This document shows positions 1 to 13,170 of a DNA stretch of 64,000 bases, in pieces. Source of the DNA: Octopus vulgaris (Eukaryota); the NCBI GenBank assembly GCA_951406725.2, contig OX597836.1, forward strand, positions 10,292,001-10,356,000, written 5' to 3'. The notes under the pieces are model-generated. The model was not told the DNA's origin, did not search any database, and saw nothing but the letters and a program-made list of their open reading frames with translations. Both the position numbers and the translations under genes were made by a program. Positions within the stretch are counted from its first letter, which is position 1; each line of letters begins with the position of its first letter.

Positions 1-111
1 TTCGTCAGAAAGAGGAAATGGGGAAAGGCCTGGAGAGAAGAAAAAGAGTAGTCCGAGAAAAGCAGGTGTGTGGTGACATGGCTGAAGTGATGCATGCATA
101 TATATACACGT

Positions 112-310
112 GGAGGCGCGTGGCTTAGTGGTCAGGGTGTCATCATGATCGTAAGACTGGTTTCGATTCCTGGACCGGGTTGTGTTCTTGAAGAAAACAC
201 TTCATTTCACGTTGCTCCAGTCTACTCAGCTGGCAAAAATGAGTAACGCTGCGATGGACTGGCGTCCCGTCCAGCTGGGGAACACATACGCCATGGAAAC
301 CAGGAAACCT
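112..310 (+). mobile_element. tRNA-derived SINE, family D (my label)
   Basis: Pol III A box (TGGCTTAGTGG) and B box (GTTTCGATTCC), then body TTGTGTTCTTGAAGAAAACACTTCATTTCACGTTGCTCCAGT. Related copies at about 27521-27729 (-) and 61540-61613 (-). Confidence 0.8.
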
Positions 311-380
311 TTCATTCTTTCGGGGGTGGTGGGGACAAACACAAAGACACACGCGCGCACATACACACACATATATACGC

Positions 381-835
381 ACTGGGGTCGATATAATCGA
401 CTTAATCCGTTTGTCTGTCCTTGTTTGTCCCCTCTGTGTGTAGCCCCTTGTGGGCAGTAAAGAAGTAGGTATTTCGTCTGCCGTTAAGTTCTGAGTTCAA
501 ATTCCGCCGAGGTTGACTTTGCCTTTGATCCTTTCGGGGTCGATAAATTAAGTGCCAGTTATGTGTAATCGACTTAATCCCTTTGTCTGTCCTTGTTTGT
601 CCCCTCTATGTTTAGCCCCTTGTGGGCAATAAAGAAATAAGAAATGTTAGCAAGCCGGGCGAAATGTTTAAAGGTATTTCGCCTGTCTTTATGTTGAGTT
701 CAAATTCCGCCGAGGTCGACTTTGCCTTTCATGCTTTCGGGGTCGACAAATTAAGTACCAGTTTCGTACGGAGGTCGGTCTGATCGACTGGCTCCCTCCC
801 ACAAAATTTCGGGTCTTGTGCCTAGAGTAGAACTA
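381..835 (+). mobile_element. Concatemer of SINE family B segments
   Basis: Repeated GAGTTCAAATTCCGCCGAGGTCGACTTTGCCTTTCATCCTTTCGGGGTCGATAAATTAAGTACCAG-type body and AGCCCCTTGTGGG...AAAGAAATA tail; the same sequence occurs more than 10 times in the window. Confidence 0.9.
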
Positions 836-1345
836 AATTTTATTTGTAATATAACAATGAAGCGGCGAGGTTACGCGTGTCTGCGGAATGCTCAGCCAGT
901 TGCACGTTTATTTCGCGTTCAGGCTGTTCCGTTGTTCGGATCACCTAAAAATCTGATCGTCGCAACCGACGGAGTGCCAGCTGGTAGGTCGGGAGGCCAC
1001 TTTGCTTGATGTGTAAAAGAAACATTTTATTGGGAACAGTGGATGTGTGAAGTTTGTGTGAGCATCTGTATACATACATAAATACATACATATATACAAA
1101 CATATATATACACACACAAATATGTATGTATGTATATATATATATATATATATAAGCTTACAGGCGAACCCTTTATGATGGAACGTAAATATACAAATAT
1201 ATATCTACTTTGCATTTTTGTACAGAGTTCTTCATAAGATAAATGTTTATCCATTGCATAACAAACACCGATATATGTTAAGTAATCTCAACTGTACGAT
1301 ATATAAACACACTACGTATGCATATATACATACATATACATAAAT

Positions 1346-1416
<71 letters not shown>

Positions 1417-1664
1417 TGTGTGTGTGCATATATAATGAAAATGAATTCATGCTTTAGACTTGTTTACGTTTTAATTTCTTTTAGGATTAAGTTGAATCTA
1501 TCTATCTATCTGTCTATCTGTCTGATTGGCTGGTATCAGTAGATATACGTATTTGTGTGCGTCTATCTATGTGTGTGTGTATGTGTGTGTGTGTGTGTGT
1601 GTGCACACACCTCTCTCTATTTCTATCTCTCTATTTTTCTTTACACACACACAAAGACACACAC

Positions 1665-1819
1665 ACACACATGCGCTTGTATGGTACGAAATTTGCTTCT
1701 CAACCACACGGTTCCAGGTTCAATCGAACTACCTGACATCTTGGGCAAATGTCTTCTACTAAAGTCTTGGGTCGGCTTCTTTTCAGTTTCTGGTAGGCAG
1801 AAACTGAAAAGATGCCCGT

Positions 1820-1890
<71 letters not shown>

Positions 1891-2235
1891 CCATACTGCC
1901 TTAATATATATCACTCTTTTTTTTGCGTCTTCCAAACAAACTTTTTTTCCACACACAAAGCAGATAAAAAAACGAAGTAGATATTTGTGTGTGTATGTGT
2001 GTGTGTGTCTGTGTGTGTGTGTACGTGAAGGTGTCCTCCACCACCGCTTGACAGCCGGTGTTGGGGTTTCTACGACTCCCCTAACTTCGCGATTCGGCAA
2101 AAGACACCGATAGAATAAGTACCAGGCTGTTAAAAAATAAGTACCGGGATCGATTCATTCGACTAAAAATTCTCGAAAGCGGTGCCCCTGCATGGCCGCA
2201 GTCTACTGACTGAACCAAGTAAAAGATAAAAGATA
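1665..2235 (+). mobile_element. SINE family A, diverged, with expanded internal microsatellite
   Basis: Head, CORE-like ATCTTGGGCAAATGTCTT, internal (TA)n/(TG)n, tail GCGGTGCCCCTGCATGGCCGCAGTCTACTGACTGAACCAAGTAAAAGA. Confidence 0.85.
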
Positions 2236-2837
2236 AACGAAAAGAAAGATAATTGAAACCGCGTATGCAATGAAAAACGGAAAAAAAGTCATTAGTGTTA
2301 AAGACTATTTAGTGTCAAGAGGTCAAGGGAGAGAACTCTGACGTGTAAAATTTAAAATTTAATCGAAACGAACTATGTGGAATGAGTCCAATTTTTGCCT
2401 GTAAACAGTGATAACTCTGAGCAGGTTTTAGCTTTATTAAACCGAGCAATTTATTAAGGGCAATATCAAATGACCTTAAGAAGATGTATGTGGGCTTTTT
2501 GTGAGAACTATTCAATAAATTTCAATAAATCTGGGGGTGTATAACTTGTTACTCCCTCCCCTATGTTTTGCTGCTTAAATTCACCCCACGCCACCCACTT
2601 TTTTCTTTGTTTCCTTGGTGAAGCAGTTCTGGGGTTTTATTCTCGATAATTTGATCTGTTATACTTTTAAAGGTTTTTTTCCCCCTTTCTTTTCTTCCTG
2701 CAAAAATTATGTTGATAAATTAAATAAATTACTGGTTTAAAATAATGACAGAGAAAAATTTCCCAGGGGCAATCAATCTCTGCACAAGAAATGCATAGTT
2801 AAATGTTAGCTAACATAATTTATGGAAGTGGGCCAAT

Positions 2838-2923
2838 AATGATGATGATGATGGTGGAGGTGGTAGTGGTAGTGGTGGTGATGGTGATGATGATAGCAAC
2901 AACAACAATGAACAATGATAATA

Positions 2924-2954
<31 letters not shown>

Positions 2955-2959
2955 TGATG

Positions 2960-2990
<31 letters not shown>

Positions 2991-3060
2991 TAATAATAAT
3001 AATAATGATAATAATAATAATAATGATGATAATGATAATAATAATAATAATAATGATAAT

Positions 3061-3098
<38 letters not shown>

Positions 3099-3139
3099 TA
3101 ATAATAATAACAATAATTAATAATAATAATAATAACAAT

Positions 3140-3174
<35 letters not shown>

Positions 3175-3202
3175 TAATAATAATTATAATAATAATAACA
3201 AT

Positions 3203-3237
<35 letters not shown>

Positions 3238-3265
3238 TAATAATAATTATAATAATAATAACAAT

Positions 3266-3300
<35 letters not shown>

Positions 3301-3328
3301 TAATAATAATTATAATAATAATAACAAT

Positions 3329-3363
<35 letters not shown>

Positions 3364-3409
3364 TAATAATAATTATAATAATAATAACAATATTAATAAT
3401 AATAACAAT

Positions 3410-3506
<97 letters not shown>

Positions 3507-3563
3507 GATAATAATAATAATAATAATAATAACATTATTAATAATAATAATAATAATAACAAT

Positions 3564-3598
<35 letters not shown>

Positions 3599-3644
3599 TA
3601 TTAATAATAATAATAATAATAACAATATTAATAATAATAACAAT

Positions 3645-3682
<38 letters not shown>

Positions 3683-3686
3683 TAAC
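2838..3686. repeat. About 850-bp (AAT)n microsatellite with a higher-order ~60-bp period
   Basis: AAT triplets with recurring AACAATATT, GAT and TAT interruptions; source of the poly-N/I/L pseudo-ORFs. Confidence 0.97.
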
Positions 3687-3739
3687 TTTTGAAAGTTCTA
3701 TTATTACTGGAATATATCCGGAGCTGTCAAATTAACCTC

Positions 3740-4170
3740 TTCAAGCGGTCACAAATATGCGCTGAGAATCTCTGTCCCCTATTAGCTTGGTAGGTCCTCA
3801 ATTTTATGCTGTGTCTCTCCTTACGATTTCAATGTTGTTGAAGTGATCTTCGTCCTTTATTCGAACGTGGAAATCTCCGAAAGGCAACATTTGATATTTC
3901 CTTTGATGCTGGTAACTTCCGCCGCCCGTTCGAGGACTTCGGTGTTGGTAACAAGCATATAACATTCGTGCGGATGTCGAAGAAGGTGAAGAGGCGACAA
4001 TGGTAAGAGAGGCGCTCAGTGAGTCATAGTGGTGGCGAGAGGTAACCTAGAATTTCGGAGCAGTACATATGAGCATGACCGGTGCTTCCCACTGATGAAG
4101 TCCAGTAGAATGAAATCACGTGATTTACGAAATTCTTGCGCCCATGACAGACGAATTTCGTCTGCTACGA
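3740..4170 (-). mobile_element. Decayed RTE-clade LINE fragment (region C-terminal of the RT domain)
   Basis: Minus-strand reading across frameshifts gives YCSE..VTSRHH (about 4066-4029) and VTNTEVLERAAEVTSI (3952-3905). This resembles the RTE/BovB-type motif LYGSETWVTYRHH...VTNxEVLExAEVTSIEA as I recall it. Confidence 0.7.
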
Positions 4171-4219
4171 TCTATGTGCGTGTTTTTGTGCACCAAGCGC
4201 CTATGTCAGAAGATTTCTC

Positions 4220-4500
4220 AAGGCTAATAACGCTTTAGAGTTATTAGAGTTAATAGAGTTTTGACTCTATTGAAAAGGTTGCAAGACGCAACGAAAATTT
4301 TCGGACAATAAAAATAAGAAAAAAAGTGGAAATTTTACCGGTGAGTGTGTTAAATAATGAGGCACAAAAAGAAAATGACTCTCCCCAGACACAACAGAAT
4401 ATGCTTCAACACACGAACTCATATAAAGAATCTTGCAAACCAAATCCCAAAACGAAACATATAAATTCTGTTTGCTGGTTTTATAAAACATAATATAAAT
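4220..4500 (-). repeat. Unclassified interspersed repeat
   Basis: The reverse complement GTGTCTGGGGAGAGTCAT...TAACACACTCACCGGT recurs at about 7321-7770, where a family C SINE splits it. Confidence 0.55.
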
Positions 4501-4506
4501 CATATA

Positions 4507-4932
4507 GGCGCAGGAGTGGCTGTGTGGTAAGTAGCTTGTTTACCAACTACATGGTTCCGGGTTCAGTCCCACTGCGTGGCACCTTGGGCAAGTGTCTTCT
4601 ACTATAGCCTCGGGCCGACCAAAGCCTTGTGAGTGGATTTCGTAGACGGAAACTGAAAGAAGCCCGTCGTATATATATATATATATATATATATATGCGT
4701 GTGTGTGTTTGTGTGTCTGTGTTTGTGCCCCACAACATCGCTTGACAACCGATGCTGGTGGGTTTATGTCCCCGTTACTTAGCGGTTCGGCAAAAGAGAC
4801 CGATAGAATAAGTACTGGGCTTACAAAAGAATAAGTCTCGGGGTTGCTCGATTAAAGGCGGTGCTCCAGCATGGCCGCAGTCAAATGACTGGAACAAGTA
4901 AAAGAGTAAAAGAGTAAAGAGAGTAAAGAGAG
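4507..4932 (+). mobile_element. Full-length SINE family A (tRNA head, CORE-like block, internal microsatellite, LINE-type tail)
   Basis: GGCGCAGGAGTGGCTGTGTGGTAAG (A box), GGTTCAGTCCC (B box), ACCTTGGGCAAGTG (resembles the CORE-SINE domain), tail GGCGGTGCTCCAGCATGGCCGCAGTCAAATGACTG plus (GAGTAAAA)n. Confidence 0.92.
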
Positions 4933-5130
4933 TATATGCTTTATATAAATCTTAGTTACGTAGTTACCACAGTTCCATAAGGCTAGAATTTTCTGCTGAT
5001 CGCAATGTCTACCCGTAACTGGGAACCCCATAAATCTTCTTTCACCATCCTCCTCCGGGACAACACCTTTTCCATTTTGTCTGCTGAGACTACGAGGCGG
5101 TCTGGATTACAGGAAATTGTACGTTCCACC

Positions 5131-5350
5131 TTAACCCATTTGTTATTGTATTTCTGTTGAGATGCTCTGTGTTTCTTTCAATTACTTTAAATATAACAAA
5201 ATATTTACTAAAATAACTTAGTTATCAATTAAGCTAGTGTTAGGAACATAAATTGTGACTAAGGTTTGGTGGAAGATTTCAATTCAAAACTTATGAAAAC
5301 AAGACATTTATACTCAGACCCAGAGCCGGTTTCAGCCGGGTTGGTAACGA
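5131..5350. mobile_element. piggyBac-like non-autonomous element (MITE), right end eroded
   Basis: Begins TTAA-CCC-ATTTGTTA and ends GGTAACGA, a partial inverted match. AT-rich, no ORF. Confidence 0.5.
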
Positions 5351-5751
5351 TATCAAAAATCCTGACGTGGTTTCAATTATTGATTAAAGGTGTTTCACTT
5401 CTCACATGCCACTAATGAATGCCACAACATCTCATTTCCTCTAAAATATAACGAATTTAATTCTGAATTTGTACATCCTGAATTAAAATCCGAAAATGTC
5501 TAGGCTTTTCGGTCACGCGTAAAACAGTGTTTTATATTTTAAAGTTGTGGAGGCGGTCGAGGTGGTGGAGGGTCAATGGGAAGCTATGACGTTAATGCTT
5601 TTCCCAAAAGCCTCGAATGATGTATGTGAAGTGAACTTGTGCCAACCGGGAGTCGACATCAGGCCGCTGGGAGCTTGCTTGCCTCCTTCTCTTCGAATAT
5701 CTTAAACGCACTTCTAAAAATACTTTTCTCACACACCCAGAGACGAACGGA

Positions 5752-6830
<1,079 letters not shown>

Positions 6831-6957
6831 TTTCCGTAATCTCTCCCAATTCTCACCACCACCGTTTCTACCCGTTTCATCTTTTCGTGTTTCTTATAAG
6901 GCCTTTTAATGAAAAGAACTTGAAAAACATTCTTTAACAAACAATTTATGAATAAAC

Positions 6958-7050
<93 letters not shown>

Positions 7051-7346
7051 TTCCGTAAAACGTGTGATCTGCACAATAGAGTGAGCGGGGTACATTTTAG
7101 AAAACGTTTAGAGTTACACACTTAACTGTTGCTGAATGCTTGATGTCAGCTTATGAGTACCTTATAGTGTCCGAGGTGATAAACCCGCAGTTTAAGCCCC
7201 CTTGAATAAACCGGATCGCTATTTGGACTTCGTATCATCGGTGAAGCTCTCCCTCTCTCAATTTTCTTTTGCTTCAATCCTTCTACTGATTATAGAAGTA
7301 TTGCTAGAACGAGTTTTGTTGTGTCTGGGGAGAGTCATACTGCCTT

Positions 7347-7738
7347 GGATTGGAAGCACTCCGTCGGTTACGACGATGAGGGTTCCGGTTGATCCGAAAC
7401 AACAGAACAGCCTGCTCGTGAAATTAACGTGTAAGTGGCTGAGCACTCCACAGACACGTGCACCCTTAACGTAGTTCTCGGGGATATTCAGCGTGACACA
7501 GAGAGTGACAAGGCCGGCCCCTTTGAAATACAGGTACAACAGAAACAGGAAGTAAGAGTGAGAGAAAGTTGTGGTGAAAGAGTACAGCAGGGATCACCAC
7601 CATCCCCTGCCGGAGCCTCGTGGAGCTTTAAGGTGTTTTCGCTCAATAAACACTCACAACGCTCGGTCTGGGAATCGAAACCGCGATCTTATGACCGCGA
7701 GTCCGCTGCCCTAACCACTGGGCCATTGCGCCTCCACA
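7347..7738 (-). mobile_element. Full-length SINE family C with 10-bp TSD
   Basis: Reverse complement of the 59247-59630 copy, flanked by ATACTGCCTT at 7337-7346 and 7739-7748. Confidence 0.92.
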
Positions 7739-8980
7739 ATACTGCCTTAATATCTAACACACTCACCGGTTCAATTTCCCTGAGAACTACGTTAAGGGTA
7801 CACATGTCTATGAAATACTCAGCCGCTTGCACATTGATTTTCACGAGCTGGCTGTTCTGTTGCCCGAGTCACCAGGAATCCTCGTCGTCGTAACCGACAG
7901 AGGACCAGTTAAATCTCTTCTACGATAGCTTCATGTCGACCAATGCCTTACGAGTGAATATGGTAGATGGAAACTGTACGGAAGCTTCTCGTGTGTGTGT
8001 GTGTGTGCGTGCGTGCGTGTGCGTGTAAACCACGAAAGAATGGGGGTTAAACATTTTTAATCTTATGCGCGTATCCGATGTATTGATTTTTCATAATTCT
8101 AGAATTTAATAATCCTGCATATTAATCGATCGATAATTTAACGACGAGGGTTCTGTTGAAATTGAGAAATTAACACTTAAACAGTATGTTTTTCTATCTT
8201 AGCCTTTTTCCATATCTGTTGAGTTTTAGTTCCTCACAGAACCGGTACGAAGCACTTATCCAATAAATTGTTCTTGGGAATGTCTTTCCTGCTCACAGTT
8301 TTCATCCCTGCTCTTTTCAACTTCTTACTAAACAACAGCAAAAAGCGAATGTAGAGAGAGGATAAAATCTACTGCAATCCCGGTGGAATTTGAACTTAGA
8401 ATTGTTACACCGAGCACTTGAAACGTCCGGGTCATCCGTCCCACACCGCTCTCGCTCTCCTCTCATATTTTACTACCAGTTTCAAGTAATGGATCTGTGT
8501 TGTTGGATGACACCAGATGATTGACAGAAATTATAACGTCGCTTTTTGACATTATTACCGTGTCACAGACCGAGTGACCTTTCCAATAGCCATCGCTCGG
8601 AAATTGGTAGGCTTGTTCTACTATGGTGTGTAAAGATGGGTCAACTATTCCTTAGTGTGTCACAAAGTACTCTATCTCCCTTCCTCCTTCCCCCCCTCCC
8701 TATTTTCATTCACATCTCTCTTTCTGATGATCTCTCTTTCGCCCTTTTTTGCCTCATCCTCTCTCTCCCTCTGAACCTCTCAGCAACTCCAAAGAATCAT
8801 AAGTTTTATATGGGTTTCCCTTATATGTGTCTTTGTGTGCGTATGTACTCATACATACATACGTACATGCTTACACACAAACACACACACACACATAAAT
8901 TAGTATTAATAATACTAAAGAGCATGGAGACCTAAATATTCACAAAATTTATTTTGTAGTTATATACAGCTAATTATAAT

Positions 8981-9059
8981 GGCATACACGTGTTTCCGCT
9001 GCAGCGACTACTCACTGTTGCAACCTTGCAATATTGTTGGTGACGCTTCATCAGTGTCC
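8981..9059 (-). ncRNA. Degenerate type I hammerhead ribozyme motif (Penelope-like repeat)
   Basis: Minus strand: GGACA-CTGATGA-AGCG...CGCT-GCAGCG-GAAAC-ACGT-GTA-TGCC. Stem III is palindromic (ACACGTGT); stem I is imperfect and stem II is offset. Confidence 0.55.
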
Positions 9060-9094
9060 GTACATTTGGTCAATCTCGAACAGAATTATATATA

Positions 9095-9287
9095 TTCTTT
9101 TATTCTTTTACTTGTCTCGGTCATTTGATTGCGGCCATACTGGAGCACCACCATAAAAGTTTTTTTTTAGTCGAAGAAATCGACCCCAGAACTTATTCTT
9201 TGTAAGCCTAGTACTTATTCTAACGGTCACTTTTGCCGAACCACTAAGTTACGGGGACATAAACAAACCAGCATCGGAGACACACAT

Positions 9288-9364
<77 letters not shown>

Positions 9365-9620
9365 CATACATAGATATATGTGTTATATATGTGTGTGTGC
9401 ATGCGTGTGTGGGGTTTATTTGTATTTGTATTTGTCCCCAACCACCGCTTGACAACTAGTGTTAGCGGTTCGGCAAAAAGAGAGCGATAGAATTAGTACC
9501 AGGCTTAGAAAAATAAAAGGTACTGGGATCGATTCGTTCGACTAAAAGTTCTTCAAGGCGGTGCCCCAGTATGGCCGCAGTCTAATGACTGAAAGAGCTA
9601 ACAGATAAAAGATAGAAAGG
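9095..9620. mobile_element. Two partial SINE A 3' halves in inverted orientation around a microsatellite
   Basis: About 9095-9290 (-) and 9420-9620 (+) both match the family A 3' half. Confidence 0.85.
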
Positions 9621-9911
9621 TTTCTCTCCGTCCCCTGGCTGTCCGGCTCCTGTTTTAACCCCCCCACCACCACTATCAAACGGAGACAGTGGTTTGTTTA
9701 GATCTTTCAAATCGCGGCTAATTAGAGTTGATCAGATATCAACGATCCCACTTTGAAGAGGGTTCAACGATTGTTGTCCCACACCAGGACCAGGTGGCGT
9801 GGCTGCTGCTCTGTCCATCATGATGACCATGACGAATTAAGACGTTAGACGTGCTTAACAACACTAACATCAGCGACAATACATGCGTCCAACAATAGAT
9901 TGCCGCCCACT

Positions 9912-10058
9912 ATTTATCTAGTTTCAGCTCACGAGCTGTGGCCATGCTGGGGCACCGCCATTTAAAAGAAATTGCTCCCCACCCCCCCGCCCCGGCGGGG
10001 AATCGAACCCCGGTCTCCCGCGTGACTTACCACTATACTACCGCTATACTACCGAGGA
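9912..10058 (-). pseudogene. tRNA-Asp(GTC) pseudogene fused to a LINE-type 3' tail
   Basis: Minus: TCCTCGGTAGTATAG(duplicated)TGGTAAGTCACGCGGGAGACCGGGGTTCGATTCCCCGCCGGGG matches metazoan tRNA-Asp, with the 5' anticodon stem deleted. It is followed by GGGGAGCAATTTCTTTT and AAATGGCGGTGCCCCAGCATGGCCACAGCTCGTGAGCTGAAACTAGATAAATA. Confidence 0.85.
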
Positions 10059-10629
10059 ATTCGTATCTTTTTTATTTTATTTTATTTTATTGGTTTGGTG
10101 TACAAGGTGTTGTGTTCATGGTCTTCATACACGCTTCGATACAGGTGAGGGTGTCACGGCCAACGTCCTTCCCGTGCTCCCCGATGCGGAATGGTAGCTT
10201 GTGTCGGTGATGAGCGACACCTCATCATTGCAGTCGTTGTGGCATTTGTTTTTCTTCCCATTCACCAAACTCAAAACAGTCACACTTCATCAAACTCACC
10301 TGTCTACTGTTCTCCATTCTTTTGTTGTCTACACCTATCTCATCCCACCATCTGTATCTCACTATGTCCAATCTGTTTTTAAACAACAAACTCGGCCCAG
10401 CTCCAAACCCACGTTTATTGCTGATAGTCATCCCTTCACAGTGCAACCTTCACTCCCTCCTTTTTTCAACCCCTTTTTATTCATCGTTGCTTTTTAATCT
10501 CAATCCCTCACCATCACCGGGATGAAGAGTGCAGGTGGGTAAGTCAACAAGGTAGTGAACAACCGGCCGGGAGTTCGTACCACGCTGAGCGGTCACTTAG
10601 GTCTAAGTAGGCATGGCACACGGAGTAAC

Positions 10630-10858
10630 TTTTATCCTTCAACTTGCTTCGGTCACTGGACTGCAGCCCATGCTGGGGCACCGACTTGAAAGGTTTTTAG
10701 CCGAAGGAATGGACCCCAGGGCTTATTTCTTATTATATTCTGGTATTTATTCTATCGGACCTCTTTTGTTGAACCGCTTGGTTCCGAGAGCGTTAGATCA
10801 ACTTCGATTGTCAAGTGGTGGTGGTGGTGGGGGGGAACAAGCACAAACATAGCGACAC

Positions 10859-10860
<2 letters not shown>
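10630..10860 (-). mobile_element. Partial diverged SINE A
   Basis: CCATGCTGGGGCACCG tail and TATTCTATCGG body. Confidence 0.75.
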
Positions 10861-10893
<33 letters not shown>

Positions 10894-11187
10894 TGTATAG
10901 ACATTCACACACACATACACATGCATACACGTCCGCTCTAACCCACACACTAACACATGTTTACATACATATATATATTGATAGAAATAGTAAGACATAT
11001 ATATATATATACCCTCATTTACACAAACCTACGCACACACATATATGTACATATACACATTGACTCGGACACATACATACGCATACACGTTCACACTTAT
11101 CCACATGCAAACACTGTGTACATACTTTCACATGTGTACAGCCACATTCACACACACACACACATGTCTACATACTTACACATACAA

Positions 11188-11341
11188 ACCTACTTCTTTA
11201 TTACCCACAAGGGGCTAAACATAGAGGGGACAAACAAGGACAGACATAGGCATTAAGTCGATTACATCGACCCAAGTGCGTAACTGGTACTTAATTTATC
11301 GACCCCGAAGGGATGAAAGGCAAAGTCGACCTCGGCGGAAT
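11188..11341 (-). mobile_element. 5'-truncated SINE B
   Basis: Matches the family B 3' half. Confidence 0.88.
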
Positions 11342-12083
11342 ATCCTCATTCACACAAACACAGACACTTACATGTATATATATCTATTTATCTATATATA
11401 TACATACACGCACACATTCACACACACATACATACGCGTAAACGTCTACCCTTACCCACGTACAAACACATACATTCACACGTACACAAGCCAACAGCAA
11501 TTTTATATTCGTACTCACATAACATGGCGACCTTCTTAATGCCGTTATTTTCTCATCGTTTCCCTGAGAGCCGACCTACCAGACATACACGCACCATCAC
11601 CTCTTCGCTCTTCTCTCTCTCACTATATATATATATGTATATATATACACACATATATGCATATTTATATATATATATGTGTCCTGTCTGTCTGTGCTTC
11701 TAGTGTTGCCTCTCCGGATTATAATCTGGCACGGTTTAAAGTGTGGATTTACAAACTCGGTTTCCTTTTATGCATTTTAGTTTTTTTCATAGTCCGAGAG
11801 TACAGAGGAAATCCCTGTGTTTACTAGGAGGAAACGGGCTATTTTCTTTTTTACTGTCTGTTCCTAGATGGACGCACACTCACACACACACACACACACA
11901 CACATACAGACACACGCACACACACACATAGACATGGTTTGTTAATTAAGGTATACGTTGTAAGGTAAATATACACACGCATACCACATACATGCAATGA
12001 TAAACGTACGGTGACAGTTCAGCAAACAAATATATCTTCACACAAATATAGACACAACACACGCGCACACACATGCACGCACG

Positions 12084-12160
<77 letters not shown>

Positions 12161-12276
12161 GATGCCTTCGCTCTTCCACATAATCGCTGATTATGCGTAC
12201 AAACTTACTGAGCGAACACAGACAAATGTGTAAATATATATTTACACATATACGAACTTCAGTGTGTGTGTGTGAA

Positions 12277-12597
12277 GACTTGTGGCTTAGAGGTTAGAGC
12301 GTCCGGTTCACAATCATGAGGCGCTGAGTTCTTTTCCAGGACAGGGCTGTGTGTTGTGTTCTTGAGCAAGGCGCTTTATTTCAAGTTGGTCCAGTTGACT
12401 TAGCTGTAGAAATGAATTATAACGTCGCTGTTGCCAAGCTGTATTGGCCCTTGCCTTTGCCTTTCCCTTGGATAAGATGAGTGGGGTGGAGAACGAAGGC
12501 TGGTATGGATGGGCGGCTGCTGGTCTTCCATAGACAACCTCCGCCGGACTCGGAGAGGAACTTTCTAGGTGCAATCCCATGGTCTTTCATAACGGAA
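12277..12597 (+). mobile_element. SINE family E (D-like head, different tail)
   Basis: TGGCTTAGAGGTTAG head, TTGTGTTCTTGAGCAAGGCGCTTT body, tail AACTTTCTAGGTGCAATCCC; inverse copy at about 35535-35812. Confidence 0.75.
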
Positions 12598-12818
12598 TTT
12601 GTTATTTTATTATAATTACTGGTATCCTTATATATGTGTTTGTATTTGGATATTACTGGTATCCTTATATATTAATATATTTTATATCTTATATGTAAAG
12701 CATAATATGTTATATGTATGTATATTATTGTAATTATCAGTTTAGTAAAAAAATAAATAAGTTAACATAATATAATGTCTAAAGGTTGATGAACCACCTA
12801 TTGATCCCCTCCATTTTC

Positions 12819-12923
<105 letters not shown>

Positions 12924-13102
12924 CAGATGGTAAAATATCTCTTTACCTTCACCCATTTAGTACACTAGGTAATGTAATTGCAATGCAATAAAAAAAACAC
13001 CTGTGTATTAATAATTGGGTATTCTACTGCTGTATATTGGATAGATATTATCCCTTAGTTGGTTGGATTCACAACCTCTGACTTTCTTGGAGTTATATAT
13101 AT

Positions 13103-13170
<68 letters not shown>

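Noticed and set aside
4088-4132. CTGATGA...GAAATCACGTGATT hammerhead-like motif
   Set aside because: No stem I or convincing stem II, and it lies antisense within the RTE remnant; likely chance.
9975-10058. Functional tRNA-Asp gene
   Set aside because: The 5' strand of the anticodon stem is deleted and the D-arm region is duplicated, so it cannot form a cloverleaf.
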